Positions 1-13,869 are shown, numbered from the stretch's first letter. The stretch: 64,000 bases of DNA from Eledone cirrhosa (GCA_964016885.1 OZ024743.1:38192001-38256000); one strand, 5' to 3'. Notes: generated by a model not told the origin, from the sequence alone. Numbers and translations: made by a program.

Positions 1-870
1 TTACCGATTATTAAATGTACCATTATGTTATGTTAAATTTTGTAAATTCTGTAATATGTTTATATTTTTATAATTTTTGTAATGTTTGGATAATATTTAT
101 TTATTTACACCAATTGTATAGAAATTGGACCTCCATCTGTTTTCTTGCAATGGTTTTGATATTTTTCCAACATAATTTTTCCAACATATTATTTCTCACA
201 ATGTTTTTTCTCACCCGGTCTGTAACTCTATATGATTTGTTAAGTTATATGCCATTATATTATAATATTGTTATTATAGTGTTATTGTAACATTTATATT
301 GTTTGTGCAAATTAACCGGAGATTATCTATTATGTAATTATATAGTTTATTATATATTATATGTTTACTTTTAATCATTTATTCTTCATTTTATACTGTA
401 AATAATATATGTATTATATTTTTATTTTTATTTTTATCTTTATTTTTATTTTTATTTTTATTCTTATTATTCTTATTATTCTTATTTATATTTAAACTCT
501 TAATAAGGGTTAGTCTGTGCTTCTATTGATGGAAATGTGTATTGATATATATGTATATATGTGTACATATGTATATATATATATGTATATTGGGCCTTTT
601 AATATTATTATTATTATTATCAATTATATTATATTATATTATATTATATTATATTATATTATATATAGTACAATAATTCCCGCTCTTTATCACCACCTTT
701 GTTTAGCTTTAGTTTTGGCATTGGACTATATTTGTAATATGGTTCAAAATGTTATTCACTTCCTTAGCAATTTTTACTTGATATTTTCCTATGCTTTAAT
801 GTATGTACACTCAATATTCTTCTGAGTTTTTGGGTTGTATTGGCCGATAGTGCTTCTTATAGCGTTAATT

Positions 871-908
871 GCCCTGATGAGTCCTTAATAGGACGAAACA
901 TTGTTGGC
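871..908 (+). ncRNA. Minimal type I hammerhead ribozyme (PLE pLTR type)
   Basis: gcc-CTGATGA(874-880)-gtcc ttaata ggac-GAAA(895-898)-c att g-TT-ggc. Stem II is a perfect 4 bp. AATAAA and then (TA)n follow. Confidence 0.8.
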
Positions 909-953
909 TAATAAATACTTTTGATGTATTGAAGGCTTCTTTGGTTTATTTTC

Positions 954-1026
<73 letters not shown>

Positions 1027-1052
1027 GTGTATATATATATATATATATATAT

Positions 1053-1149
1053 AGCGGAGGAATTGTGGTGAGGAACCAGATGGCTATTTCTGTCCAGATG
1101 TAGCCGTCGAAAGGGCTTGAGCTCTGCCGTCGGGGTCATACTTTTTCCT
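1053..1149. mobile_element. Fold-back PLE-derived mini-element (3' half of the 22855-family HHR)
   Basis: tagccgtcGAAAgggcttgagctctgccGTCgggg is shared with 2688, 22855 and 23484. Flanked by (TA)n. Confidence 0.65.
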
Positions 1150-1166
1150 ATATATATATATAAAAA

Positions 1167-1987
1167 CAGGGTGGCCCAAAAGTCACATATAGGTTTTACC
1201 TTTTGTTAACCTTTTGAATTGTACAGATTAATGAATGACATTTTGATACAACTTAAGGGACATAATGTAAATTATTTTGCACTCGTCATTCCTTGTCAAA
1301 CCTGTACATTACTTACAAAGGCAATTTGCGGCTTCGCACAACCGTGCTCTTTCCATAACCTTCTCCATAACATCTGCAATGGTTTCAGGTACCACTTCCC
1401 TGATGTCTCTATTGATATTCTCCTTCAGTTGGTCCAGGGTCTCAAGTTTGTTGACATAAACCCTCTCCTTCAGGAACCCCACAAGGAGAATTTCGGTCAT
1501 TTCTCACCAATTTCTGTTGATAGTCTTGGGGCTTCAGTTGTTGAACCAGTTGCACTTGGTATGAATAAAAAAGGTCGAGGATTCTGAGAACCATTGGCAG
1601 CGAATTTCCTGATATTCCGAGCTGTCTTGATAGCCTTCCATTCGATGTGCCTGGATTTTCCTCGAGAGTCTTTCGAGCCTGTTCCCTTGTCTCATCAGCT
1701 ACGACAGTGCAAGGCCTCCCATATCGTGGCCAATCACTTTCTTCGAAAGATTTAACCAATTTCCTATTGGCACTGTCACTAGGAGCAAGTCTCATTTGAT
1801 AGTGTCACCGATATGCTCTCTTTGTCTGAATTATCGACCCCTGAACATGAGTGCGTTGCTTGGTGCCGTATTTTTCCATAATTAATTTCCCAGGCCTAGG
1901 GCATATAATTCCTGAAAGGAAAGGGAGCATATTATAAAATAAAAAAAAATTATAAACAGATGCAACCCCTGTGTGACTTAAGCCACC

Positions 1988-1990
<3 letters not shown>
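1167..1990 (-). mobile_element. Internally deleted Tc1/mariner (maT/DD37D-like) DNA transposon
   Basis: TIRs cagggtggcccaaaagtcac / gtgacttaagccaccctg in a TA context. Minus-strand remnants of the HTH region (GRP..EENPGTS..LSRQLGIS..YQVQLVQQLKPQD) join directly to the C-terminus (FLKERVYVNK.ETLDQLKENI); the catalytic domain is missing. Confidence 0.8.
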
Positions 1991-2056
<66 letters not shown>

Positions 2057-2061
2057 GAGTA

Positions 2062-2240
2062 GAAAAATCAGTGATGCATCTGAATTCAATTTATTGTGTC
2101 CTTAGATTGTAACACACAATAAATTGAGTTCAGATTCATCACTGACTTTTCGTTTTCTATTCTATCATACTCTGCTATGTAAGAGCATATAGTGCTCAAC
2201 CGGCATACCGCCTATGGAAGCATCTTAGCTACCATCAGAC
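2062..2240. mobile_element. Fold-back mini-element related to the 2265 element
   Basis: Hairpin arms 2068-2099 / 2114-2145. The tail tcatactctgctatg.. resembles 2591-2668. Confidence 0.6.
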
Positions 2241-2315
2241 ACACATATATATATATATATATATATATCACAGAAAAAAAAAAGAGAATCAGTGTTGCGA
2301 TGAATGGAATTTATT

Positions 2316-2413
2316 AGACACATTACGATCGTTTCTCTGGCGACCAGCTCAAGGCACGATCGATGGGATGATCGAACCTGACTCTGAAAATCGCAAAGTC
2401 CTCAGATACATCT
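2316..2413 (-). ncRNA. Hammerhead ribozyme, long stem II (mirror copy)
   Basis: Reverse complement reads agatgtat-CTGAGGA-63 nt-GAAA-cgatcg-TA-atgtgtct. Confidence 0.7.
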
Positions 2414-2444
2414 TGATTCTACGAAAATCTGCTTCGTAGAATCA

Positions 2445-2542
2445 AGACGTATCTGAGGACCTTGCGATTTTCAGAGTCAGGTTCGATGATCACATCGATC
2501 TTGCCTCGAGCTGGTCGCCAGAGAAACGATCGTAATATGTCT
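2445..2542 (+). ncRNA. Hammerhead ribozyme, long stem II
   Basis: agacgtat-CTGAGGA(2453-2459)-63 nt imperfect hairpin-GAAA(2523-2526)-cgatcg-TA-atatgtct. Stem I is 8 bp; stem III is palindromic. Confidence 0.75.
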
Positions 2543-2734
2543 AATAAATTCCATTCGTCGCAACACTGATTCTCTTTTTTTTCTGTGATATCATACTCTG
2601 CTCTATGAGAGCATCGTGTGCTTATATGGCCTACCGCATACGTACACTTTAAGCATCCAACACCAACTATATATATAGAGAGAGAAATAGCCGTCGAAAC
2701 GGCTTGAGCTCTGCCGTCGGGGTAATTACTTTTT

Positions 2735-2796
<62 letters not shown>

Positions 2797-4128
2797 TGTG
2801 TACGTGTGGGAGCTTCGTGCAGATGGCGTCTACATGATTTCACTCAGAATCCATTATTCTACTTGAGAATAAACTAATTAAACCTAGCCATGGTGCTACA
2901 CAGTGGAACTGAACTCAAAACTACGTGATTGTTTCACAATATTTTTGGAGATGTTTAAATTTAGGTTTAAATTTTTTCTTAATTTATATTAATTAAGTCA
3001 CTGGTTGGTTTTAAAGCTAACGTTTATATGCTTGCATAACATTCGAAAGGTAAATATTATTGTTTAAATACCAAATATTACCGCTTGCTTTCGATGTGGT
3101 AAGTGTCTCATATATAGTTGTTGCAATAAAATGTAAGAATTTGAGTTTGTATCACAGAATTAATAACACTTGTCGATATAACATGGCGTCCATAGCCATA
3201 AATGAGATACAGAGATATATCGCGATATTAAAAGTCACACATATTCAAATAGGAATCCTTTCCAAACTATCATTATTACGTATGTTTGACGCAACGAAGT
3301 AACATATATGTGGTCATTGGATATATGAAACAAACCTTTTATGAAACTGTCCACAGTTGTGTTAACATTGAAAGTAATGTCACATTAAATGATGTAATTT
3401 TAGATTCAGGTAAAAATGCAGGGTGCTCAAAAATATCTGCGATAATCAACCTATCCTATCCGGATTTGTCTGGTGTTGAAAAAACAATAAGAATGAAATT
3501 ACATTTGTTGGTCTCCACAATTGAAACGTACATCATTCCCTTATATTTATCCAAAATTACTGTCTCGTGAAATGTGCATGAACACATCCGATGTAATTAA
3601 ATAGACACAACTTAAATGATGCTTATATCTATGGAAGTTATAATTGATATAAATGCCTTTGAAAATGGTGAAGTCTGAATAATAATACTAACATGAATCT
3701 TAATATGAATGCATACAGAATATTGATTAGATTTTCTATTAATTGTTGACATAAATAGTAAAATTATTGGAGAAGAATTTTAATTATTTCGTATCATTAA
3801 ACGCAAAAGAGTCCTCTGTGAAGATTTCAATTCATCGTGGTTGTACCGTGTCAGATACATTGACTGGTGTCAAAGGGTTGCACATTTAACAACATGTTTC
3901 CCAAAGGTGACTGTCAATTTCCTTTCATTGTAGTATTGTCTGTCTTACATAAATGGCCGTATCTAAAGTGACTCCATAAGAATTATGGCTACGAATTTTC
4001 AATCGAAGTTCTCAATGAGCACATAATGCATGAATGGATACAAAATGTGGTTTCATTAAGCGTTTCTCCACACCTTCTTCCTTCTTTCCCTCTTTGTCTC
4101 ATACAATTTATTCTCACTCTGTCTCTCT

Positions 4129-4253
<125 letters not shown>

Positions 4254-4689
4254 CATGTATGTGTGTGCATGTGCACGCGCGTCTGTGTGTGAGTACGTGT
4301 GTGTGTATGTCTGTGTGAATACAAAGGGGATCTGAAAAGCACTCTGTTAAAGAAATCCCCAAGTTCATTTTCAGTAGGTAAATACATAAATATAAGGCAA
4401 GTCCATTTATGCGTTAACAATGTGTATGAAACTTATTTTGATAATTCCACATAGCAGATTGTCTTACTTGTTAATTATCGGAGGATATACAACCAGTATC
4501 GAAAATGAATTCTAGTCCAAAAGCAATATCAGTAAAGAGCCGAAACAGTAAAGGAGTCCAAAATAAAGATATAGGAGATCGTTGGATTTAAGCTGCAATT
4601 CGACTTCAGATCAGCAAATAAGTTAATCTGTGAGACCAACTAATGGCATCGTAATAAAAAGACCTGATCCACACCTAATATGAAGAACG

Positions 4690-5400
4690 CGTCTGGTGTT
4701 CTCCTGTTTCAGAGAGGTGTATTCTCACGATGCGGATCAAACAGGTGTGTAGGACCTATTGACAGCTTCCTATTGACCTGATATATGTGCACAAATACCC
4801 TCGTACGAGTGCGCCAGATGAATGATGTGAATGCGAAACCATTGGATGTGCCCGTCACACTCATGAACAGGATTGATATGCACAAGCGAGTTGGAAGTGC
4901 TATCGAAATTGGTGGTTGTCGGATCATCGGATTGCAACTTACGGACAACCTCTTAATAGTTAACTCGTCAGATTATGATCTCCGACATGCATTTAATAGG
5001 TTCGATGCAGAGTACTGCACGGTAGGAATAGAAATTATTGCTGTGACGACTGAGAAACTCCTCCTCTCAAAAAACACAGGTCAGTGGACTATATATGAGT
5101 TGAGTTTCTCTGAAGCAAATGGAGTTGTTCAAATATCTCACAGTTCACGAAATTCGGAAAGCAGGAGGCCGATGTGAATGACAACATTGAAGGAACTGAT
5201 GCAGTAATGCGCAAGGTTTAGCATAAGGCCATCAGAAGACGGGAGGATGTACCTGTATAAGCGAAATTAGTTATCTTCAATTCGGTATTCAGGCCAACTC
5301 TTACTTATGGTCATGAATCTGAGGAAATGAAGGAAAGAATACGATCAGAAATACAAGGCCCCGAAATTGGGTCTCCGAAAGGAACTTGAAACAACGTTGC
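4690..5400 (+). mobile_element. Degenerate RTE-clade LINE fragment (RT C-terminal part)
   Basis: LQLTDNLLIVNSSDYDLRHAFNRFDAEY resembles RTE LLFADDLVL.ASS..DLQ.AL.RF..EC; downstream AKLVIFNSVFRPTLTYGHES. Confidence 0.7.
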
Positions 5401-5737
5401 TCATCGAATAAGTAACACTATTTCTCCGGATTAATAACTCAATTTTCTCGAATTTATAACATTATTTCTTCGAATTAACAAACATATTCTTTTCGAATTA
5501 ATGAAATTGGAATTAAGAGATCAGAGCTCTAATGTGAAGGATATTTAGTTAGAAAGCTTTTACGGGCAGAACCAAAATGTAGGAGTCATTGGCGTATAAC
5601 TCGAGCAAAATGATTGGATAACATCCAGGAGCACGGTTGGTTTCACATACGGCTCCAGTCGAATAAACTGGCAACAGTTGATTCTGACAGGACACGCTAT
5701 AAAGAGTGCTTGAGGTCACTGATAGAACGACGTTCCC

Positions 5738-5843
5738 AAGAAGAAGAAGAAGTAGAAGAAGAAAAGAAGAAGAAGAAGAAGAAGAAGAAGAAGAAGAAGA
5801 AGAAGAAGAAGAAGAAGAAGAAGAAGAAGAAGAAGAAGAAGAA
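5738..5843. repeat. (GAA)n microsatellite
   Basis: Direct reading. Confidence 0.95.
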
Positions 5844-7683
5844 GACATATTATCAGGTTCATACCGCTTACGTATCTTCTGCTATAATCTCAAAGAAATA
5901 TCTTGTTTGTAGACGTTAGTTGACAGAATCTATGCATATATCTGTGTGCGTTTGTGTCCATGTGTGTTTACGTTAACGGATAGTATCCCGTAACACAGCG
6001 GCCTGACAAAGAAGGTCGATAAGATAATTACCTAACTTATATACAAGTGCATGTCTCAACATGATCGACTGCATATAACCGTCCATGTCCTAGACGAGCA
6101 TGGCTGCAGTCAAATGAGTGACAGCAGTATATATATATAAAGCTTAGAGAGAAACAGAGTAATATTGCAACTTAGATATTCATAAATATTATCATTTTAA
6201 TTTCAAAATCACTTTATATATATTAACTGAATAGTTGATGGTATTGGTACAGTCTGTTAAAAGTTTTCTAATATATTAGATGTAAAATTCGGGGTTACAT
6301 TTGCCAAAGTAATCACCAAATGTTAAATATTTGATGGTAAGGAATGACAATGAGGCTTGTTGTAAGCTTGGCGAATGCAAGACAGGGCGGCTAAGAAATT
6401 AGCTTCGAAAACCATTTACTTTGGGCCTCGGTCCCACTACGGTTCTCCTTCTTGAGCAACTCTCTCGTTTTGGCCAATGCCTTGCGATCTAAATTTAGAA
6501 GACAGAAACAGAAATGGCCACACCCACACACATATTTAAATATATATATATATCAGCAAGGAATCTCACTTTATTAACAAATACGGACCCCGTCTAAACA
6601 CTTCTCCCTAAGACGAACCCACAACATACACACGTCAACATACATACCTACATTAGCATACATCCTACATACATCTCTATCCACATATAAACACAATGAC
6701 ATACGTAAACACACATGTTCTATGGTGCAACACAAGTAAACACAAATTTGTATACCTTTTGATGTCTATAGATATAAACGTGCCGACACACACACATACA
6801 TAAACGCACACATGCATTGCACACTGATGGGCACATACATATTTGTACACAAGTATTCCAATACGGCAAGGTCTAATGGATTCCCCTTGCAGTACGTACA
6901 ATCTGGACACTCACACACACCTTGCTCTTATGCCAATACTATATATCATTTCACACCTTTTATTATTAAGGTTTTTGATGTTCTATTGAGAGAATCGTTT
7001 TTACTGAAAATATCGAATAATGTACACCATTTTTACCAGTATCACAAAAAGACTGGTCCACCCACACACACACACACTTTCTCACACACACACACACACA
7101 CATATATATATACACACACACATACACACGCGTACATTAACATACAAAGAGACATATACACACACACACACACACACTTCTCCGTATAAGACAAGAGCTG
7201 AAAAATATATTTTAATATGTTAAAATATCCCCCACACACGTACAGACACATTCCTATTGACCGATCCCTCTTCCACGAATTACTCTGCTACACACACACA
7301 CACACTTGTCTTAATAGACATTTGGACTGTCAGCAGGCTGCGGTTCGCACACACATCCCTGCTGACCATTATCACAACAACGAACCTCTTTACTACTACT
7401 TCACACACACACACACACACATATTTGTCTTGAAAGACTTATTTTTCAGTGACTTCTCAATCAGCCGAGACAAACCTACATTTGGCGCAAAATCAATTTT
7501 TAACATTCACATGACCTCTACCGACCAATCAATATTGTTTTGACCACAAGAATTTTTTCATGCATCTGGAGCCACTTTTTTTGACATAAAACAGGTAGAA
7601 TTTCCGAAACTAATCAGATTAGAGCAAACATCACGGGCGCTCTATCTCAAAATTATTTGTGTCAGTATTTTCTGTTCCTTTTA

Positions 7684-7740
<57 letters not shown>

Positions 7741-8169
7741 GTTTCTCTCACCTTCTTTCGCCCCCTCTGTCAGTTACACTTTCTCTCGACTGACCGCTTC
7801 CTCGCACTTCCACTCACTCACTCTCTGTTTTTCCCCTTCTCACTTCCTCCTGTTTGGCTTACAGTGGGTCTCTTTTTGCTTACATCTCACTCACGTCGGA
7901 CGGTCTGTACCTTTCGCTCATGAAATCCACCCAGCTTAAGCTGACCGGACAACCATGTTGCTTGTTTTTTTTCCTATCTTTGGTTTGCTTTTATCCTTCT
8001 ATGTTGTTAACTTGTCCCCCTCGCTTTACGCGATTTACTGGTCCCAATAACTGAGGTATATCATTTTTAATGCGATGAAATACCAATGATGGTTGGAAAA
8101 TCACTGACGAAGGACTATTTTTATCATATATAACCCATGTGCAACCACGCAGTATTCTTCTTTCTTGTC

Positions 8170-8233
<64 letters not shown>

Positions 8234-8685
8234 CACACACACATATATGTGTGTGTTATAATATTTACTATACGTCTGGTTTCCCCAGGGTAGTCTCGGT
8301 TTATTAATGTAGCCCGGTGTGCCCTTTAGTCTGACATTAAGTCGCGGATTTAGTAAATCTTGAAACGCATTTTACGCAATTGTTATCCTGGTGTAATAGA
8401 AAAACTAGGAAAATATTTTACTACTTAGTCATTCTAGAATATTATGAAATACGTACAGCAGTGTCACTCACACGCAAATAAGCATAATATTTAGAATTAT
8501 TCCTACGACTGAAAAACGCACACAGATATTCATTGAAAAACCAGATGACCTCTAGAAATAATGAAATAAATGTTGACAAGGAAATGTTTTGGGCTGGGAG
8601 AATAAAAGGGATTTATCTTTACACTTTGGTGTTTGCCCATTAATAACGATCAATATTAGCCTTTTTACACCTTTTGTATTAAATC

Positions 8686-8805
8686 GCGCCAATGCTAACT
8701 TCCATCCTCACTAGGTCGATAAAATAAAGTACCATAACGTACTAGAGTCGATTTCCTCGACTTTCCCCTCCCCACAAAAATGTAGGTCTTGTGCCTAAAT
8801 CAGTA
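8686..8805 (+). mobile_element. Nin/Deu-domain SINE fragment
   Basis: aacttccatcct..ggtcgataaaataaagtacc..cttgtgcctaa. Confidence 0.65.
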
Positions 8806-9929
8806 ATTAATTACGCTTTCTATGAGACATGATTTTCATGAGAAACGCATGAGATTGTAGAGCTCTTACAATTCAAGTCCTGCCAATGCTCCAAAATTTC
8901 TAGACGAGTCAGGAGAAATTGTCGCTGAAAACTGAGTAAGTTATCTTCTTTAATTTTGTTTTTCTGTTTTTATTGTGTCTTAACGAAGCCACAGGTTTGA
9001 CAACCGAATCAATTTTTCTTTCTCAGACACACAGACACACATACAGAGACACACACATTTATAAAAAACGTAGACATTCTCTCTTGTAAGTATTCATATT
9101 TTTACTTTTGTTGTACACACCCACATTATAAACATGAATGTTTGATTAGGTACTAATAAACGTTTCCTTCACTCAATGAATACACACTCCCATCTGCATA
9201 AGTAATCTCTGTTTATCTTGATATGTAATTATCTGAGTAAGTTTGTCCTTATTTTGGTGCGTCACAGAAAGTATCAATGCTGAAAAAACGTAAATATTTA
9301 CGAAATAACTTAGAAGAATGACCGACAGGTTAAAATGCCATCACAGTTTTGCTGACATCTATGTGGCCATGAAGATAACACGGATATTAAAACCTATTCA
9401 AAATTGCAAAGGCACAAATCTAGCTTTGTTGCTAGTTCGTCATGATTACATATTTTTAAAGTAAAACATAATAGAATTGGAGCCTCTCGTTGCTGATAAA
9501 TAAATATATACATAATATTCCAGGTATAAAATGTTAGGTGATCAAGCAATTGACCGACTTCTGCGTAAAGAGATGTAAACCCTTTAGCATGTGGGTAACA
9601 TTAGGTATTACCTATATAGTAGCACCATAATACCTATATGATGACAACACATCAAATGTGTATTACTCAACCACTGTGATGCCTTCGAAATGTGCATAAC
9701 AGGTTGTTATAATAACAGAGAATGTATAAGTAATGCCGTCTCACTTCTTTTTTATAATATTGTATCTATTCTCTCTTAAGGAAGCCATTATGGACGCTGT
9801 ATTGTCATACGGCGTTTCTCGAGCATTTCATTTTAAATGTGGTGGAGACCATCTCCTTCCCAGCAGATTTCCTCCAGAGAAGGATAAAGAATGATAGAAT
9901 AGATGTGAGAAAAATATATAACCGAGAAA

Positions 9930-10075
9930 TCGTCCCCAGTACTAGACCGATAGATTTTTATCGATCTTAAATGTATGAAGTGCAAGTTAGTCTCTGCGGA
10001 ATTTGTACTTAGAGAGCGGGGATCCGAAACGAATACGCAAAGTATGCCATCGATCTACCGCTAATTCGCCACATT
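9930..10075 (-). mobile_element. Degenerate Nin/Deu-domain SINE
   Basis: ttttatcgatc..atgaagtgcaagttag..gcggaatttg matches the SINE consensus in reverse. Confidence 0.5.
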
Positions 10076-10219
10076 CGTCTATATATAATAAATATATAGA
10101 CGTATTGAAGTTTCCGTTGAAAATTGAAAAAGTCATAGGAGTGAAGAGTGGTCTATGTATATATATATATATAAATGAAAGGTATAGTAAACACTGCAGC
10201 GAAAAGCCAACAGCACTCC

Positions 10220-10303
<84 letters not shown>

Positions 10304-11874
10304 TGTATGTATATCTACATATACAAATATAAGTGGATGGCATGTTTTGGAAAATGTTATTTCTCTGGGAGAACACATTTTTCATCTTTCTCAATGTTAT
10401 TGTTAGCACATCAGGTTCATATTCGAGACATGATATAAAAGTAAGTTCCTGACCACATAATATGTATATGTTAGCGTTTGTGTTCTCTAAACTAGATGAG
10501 CGACAAAAAGAGATATGAGGTAGTTATGATTGACTTTATCATTTTAGCCGTTGTCTTATGACTGATACCAATAAAACCATAGATGTATAGGTGATTCTAC
10601 AACAGCAACACTATTAATATTATTTCTACTGTACACATTGCCACTCATGGCAGGATTTTGACAGGAGTATAAGTATCTGTCGCAATACAATAGTTCTTCT
10701 GAGAAATATATTCTTAAATTCTCCACGAGAAAAAAAACACGAAACTACTTAATGATTTCTTTGTATGTTTGTTAAACTATTTTTATAGTGAAGGTGCATT
10801 TACGTAATCCATAAAACAAATAGAAGCCGCACGCTGATGCCCTGCCTTGATAAAAAAGAAAAAGTATGCTTTTGTTTTTATTTATTGGTGAAGTTTGTAC
10901 ATTTATTTGTCGTCCTGCCAAACTGGTTTGGCTGAAGTATGTTATCCAGCCAAGAGCGTAGAATATGCCCTCACCTCCATTGCTACCGTATCTTTTCATT
11001 TTCCTTTCTGTTTTTTATTATAATATTGCAAACATATTTTGAAAATTTAAAAGCTATAATAAAGTTTCTCTGTAATAGGAATCAGATTGTAGGAAGGGCA
11101 GTGATATTTTGGAGTGCAATAGTAGCTAATTGAACTAATAATTGTCCTATATTTCTTATTGACTATATATTTAAAATCGATTTATTTCTGCTACTAGATT
11201 TAAGAAACTAATTTAATTAAGCGTTAAATCTAATAGCATCAATTCCGGTATATTACTGGTAATTATTCCATAGAAATTGGGTTGGGAGAAATAATTAAAG
11301 TTGACCTGAAATAATATGAATTGAGAATAACGGAGTGAGTGAAGTTCAACTCTAAATAAGAAACCACATTAGATGACCTATGGCTAAATGAAGCATGTGA
11401 GTTTATAAGACGTGAAATGCAATGAGGTAGGGTTATTATAAGATATACTGAAGTGATATTGATTTTTATTGATCTAATAAATATTCGTAATTTAAATGAT
11501 TTCATACATTTGCATAAAGCAGAGAATCATTGAAAAAAGCATCTAGACATTTCCATCCATACCTGATGTTTTATTGATAATTATTTTATGGTGTGCGGAA
11601 TGTGGAAATAAACTGCAAAATTTCGAACTGGATACAGAAAATAAATTAATGCGCATATAAATTATCTTTCTCCATTATGAGAACTAATACACACACAGTT
11701 GTTTTACGAAGGGATTAAATAGTAACCATTTTTGTCTGAAAAGCTGAATATGTAAATGATATGTATTCGAAACAAATATATAAAGAGATTACCATTCGTA
11801 AATGAATGCTAGCATGAATATAAATATTTCCGATTCAAACAGATTGGTTCGTTAACGTCGGTTTACTATGCATG

Positions 11875-11910
<36 letters not shown>

Positions 11911-12039
11911 TACATACATATACACACATACATAGAAACACACACATACATGTACTTATACAAACATATATACACACACATATATATATACATACATATA
12001 CACACATAAACACATACATACACATATATAACCTTGATC

Positions 12040-12294
12040 ACCTTAACCACCAGTCGGTCGGGCGCCAATTGGCGCCGCTGGTCACAGCACGTCGTGCTGT
12101 TTTAGCCATAAGATAACACCATCCCACTGGCTGGGCGGGCAGGCCGGTACTCATTTCTACTGCTGTGTAAACTGGTGCAACGTGAAATAAAGTGTCTTGG
12201 TCAAGGAAACAACACATCACCAGGTCCAAGAATTGAACTCACATCCTTTCGATTGCAAGCCCAATGTTTTAACCACTAAGCCATGCGCCTTCAC
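12040..12294 (-). mobile_element. tRNA-derived SINE with CORE-like segment
   Basis: Reverse complement: A box tggcttagtgg, B box gagttcaattc, then tgtttccttgaccaagacact. Confidence 0.7.
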
Positions 12295-12414
12295 ATATAC
12301 ATATATACGATAGCTATATATACATATATACACATATATACACATACAATATATACACACATATATACCACCAGAAAATATATAAATACCACAATATTTA
12401 TTTTGGACAGCCAC

Positions 12415-12466
12415 ATTCCTGATGATTTCTAAAGAATGAAACAGTTCTAGTCCTGTAGAATCTCAT
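12415..12466 (+). ncRNA. Hammerhead ribozyme (14719 family), 5' stem I shortened
   Basis: attc-CTGATGA-tttctaaagaat-GAAA-cag ttctagtc ctg-TA-gaat. Confidence 0.75.
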
Positions 12467-12477
12467 CTATGTTAAAG

Positions 12478-12533
<56 letters not shown>

Positions 12534-13554
12534 TGGCAACATGGCCCTCCCAAAGTATAACAATATATATATATATATATATATATATGCAGATATGCAT
12601 AATTTAACAGCCATAAATGCATGAAAGTTAATCCTGTATATTTATATATATATACTAAACATATTTATTTAATAACACAAACAATGTATAGCAGTAATAC
12701 AAAAAAACACTTATGCTTTGTATGTATATGTTATATGCGGGAGTAGATATAATGTGTATTTTCCGAGTGTGTGTGTATATATATATTTATGTATCTTTGC
12801 CTATGTGTACGTGATATACGATAGGTAATTTCTCTAGCAATATATATATTTTGTAATGTTTAAATTCCAATTTTTTATATATTGATCTCAATTTTTAAAC
12901 TAAATATCTAATCATAATTAAACAATGATTCATTTCTCATATTATATATGTATATTCCATTCATGAATATTAATATTTCTTTTTTTATTTATTCATTTCA
13001 TCTCAAATGTTAACTCAACTTAATATGACATGACTTAAGGTTTTCGTTCTCTCCCCCTCTCTCTATCTCTATATTTCTCTTTCTTGATTTTTTTCTCTCT
13101 GTCTGGTGGTTTGATATCTCTCTGTTGTTTTCCTCTGTTTTCTTTTTTCTTTTTTCTTTTCTTTCTTCTTTATTTATCTCTCCCTTTCTTTTCTCCACAT
13201 TTCTCTCTATCTCTCCGTACTTATCCTTAACACAACTTACTAAAATAAACAAACCACTATCCTGAAGTCGTCCAAAAGTAATGGTCGCATTTTGAAAGGG
13301 TACGTCAATATTTATTATAAAACTGGTATATATTGTATTTTGTCTGATGAAGGCATACCATAATTTAACTTGGTATCCTTTAAATATGTATAATGAAATA
13401 AATATGGTTTTATAAATATAGTTTCCATTTGTTAATATCGTATATATATATATATATATATATAGTGGTGGAACACTGGAAGTTAATATCCGTAGTGGTA
13501 GAGCACTCAGTCTAAGGGACGAGTTAGGTAGAAGTGGTTGCACAACAGTTAGTA

Positions 13555-13594
13555 CCGATAACAATTGTTTCACCTTAGCGGATCTTCAGCTCGG
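13555..13594 (-). ncRNA. Minimal hammerhead ribozyme
   Basis: Reverse complement: ccgag-CTGAAGA-tccgctaaggt-GAAA-caattg-TT-atcgg. Confidence 0.7.
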
Positions 13595-13729
13595 GATGTG
13601 CATGGTTATTAGAAAAGAAAGGACAACCGTACGAACGCACATGCGCAGAAACTCGGTCACCTCACACAGACTAGATTGCGTGCGAGAGGTGTAAGGGAGA
13701 TAGCTGCGAAAGACCGGAAAGTTTTTAGG

Positions 13730-13869
13730 TTAAAAATAAAAATAAAAATAAAAATAAAAATAAAAATAAAAATAAAAATAAAAATAAAAATAAAAATAAA
13801 AATAAAATTAAAAATAAAAATAAAAATAAAAATAAAAATAAAAATAAAAATAAAAATAAAAATAAAAAT
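13730..13869. repeat. (TAAAAA)n hexanucleotide repeat
   Basis: Direct reading; lies inside the left pLTR arm. Confidence 0.95.

Larger units (their letters stand above)
2265..2668. mobile_element. Palindromic HHR-bearing PLE-derived element
   Basis: About 160-bp inverted arms 2265-2425 / 2433-2591 with a 7-nt loop, followed by an unpaired tail. (TA)n on both sides. Confidence 0.8.

Noticed and set aside
8051-8175. CTGAGGT..GAAA and CTGACGA motifs in a repeat also found at 15842-15935
   Set aside because: No complete HHR can be assembled: no GAAA after CTGACGA and no valid cleavage triplet or stem I. Kept only as an unclassified TA-adjacent repeat.
12200-12294. tRNA-like A and B boxes
   Set aside because: SINE head; no cloverleaf.
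13336-13400. CTGATGA plus a good stem II hairpin (agg-atacca/tggtat-cct)
   Set aside because: GAAA reads TAAA and stem I is weak. Probably a dead HHR, so not called.
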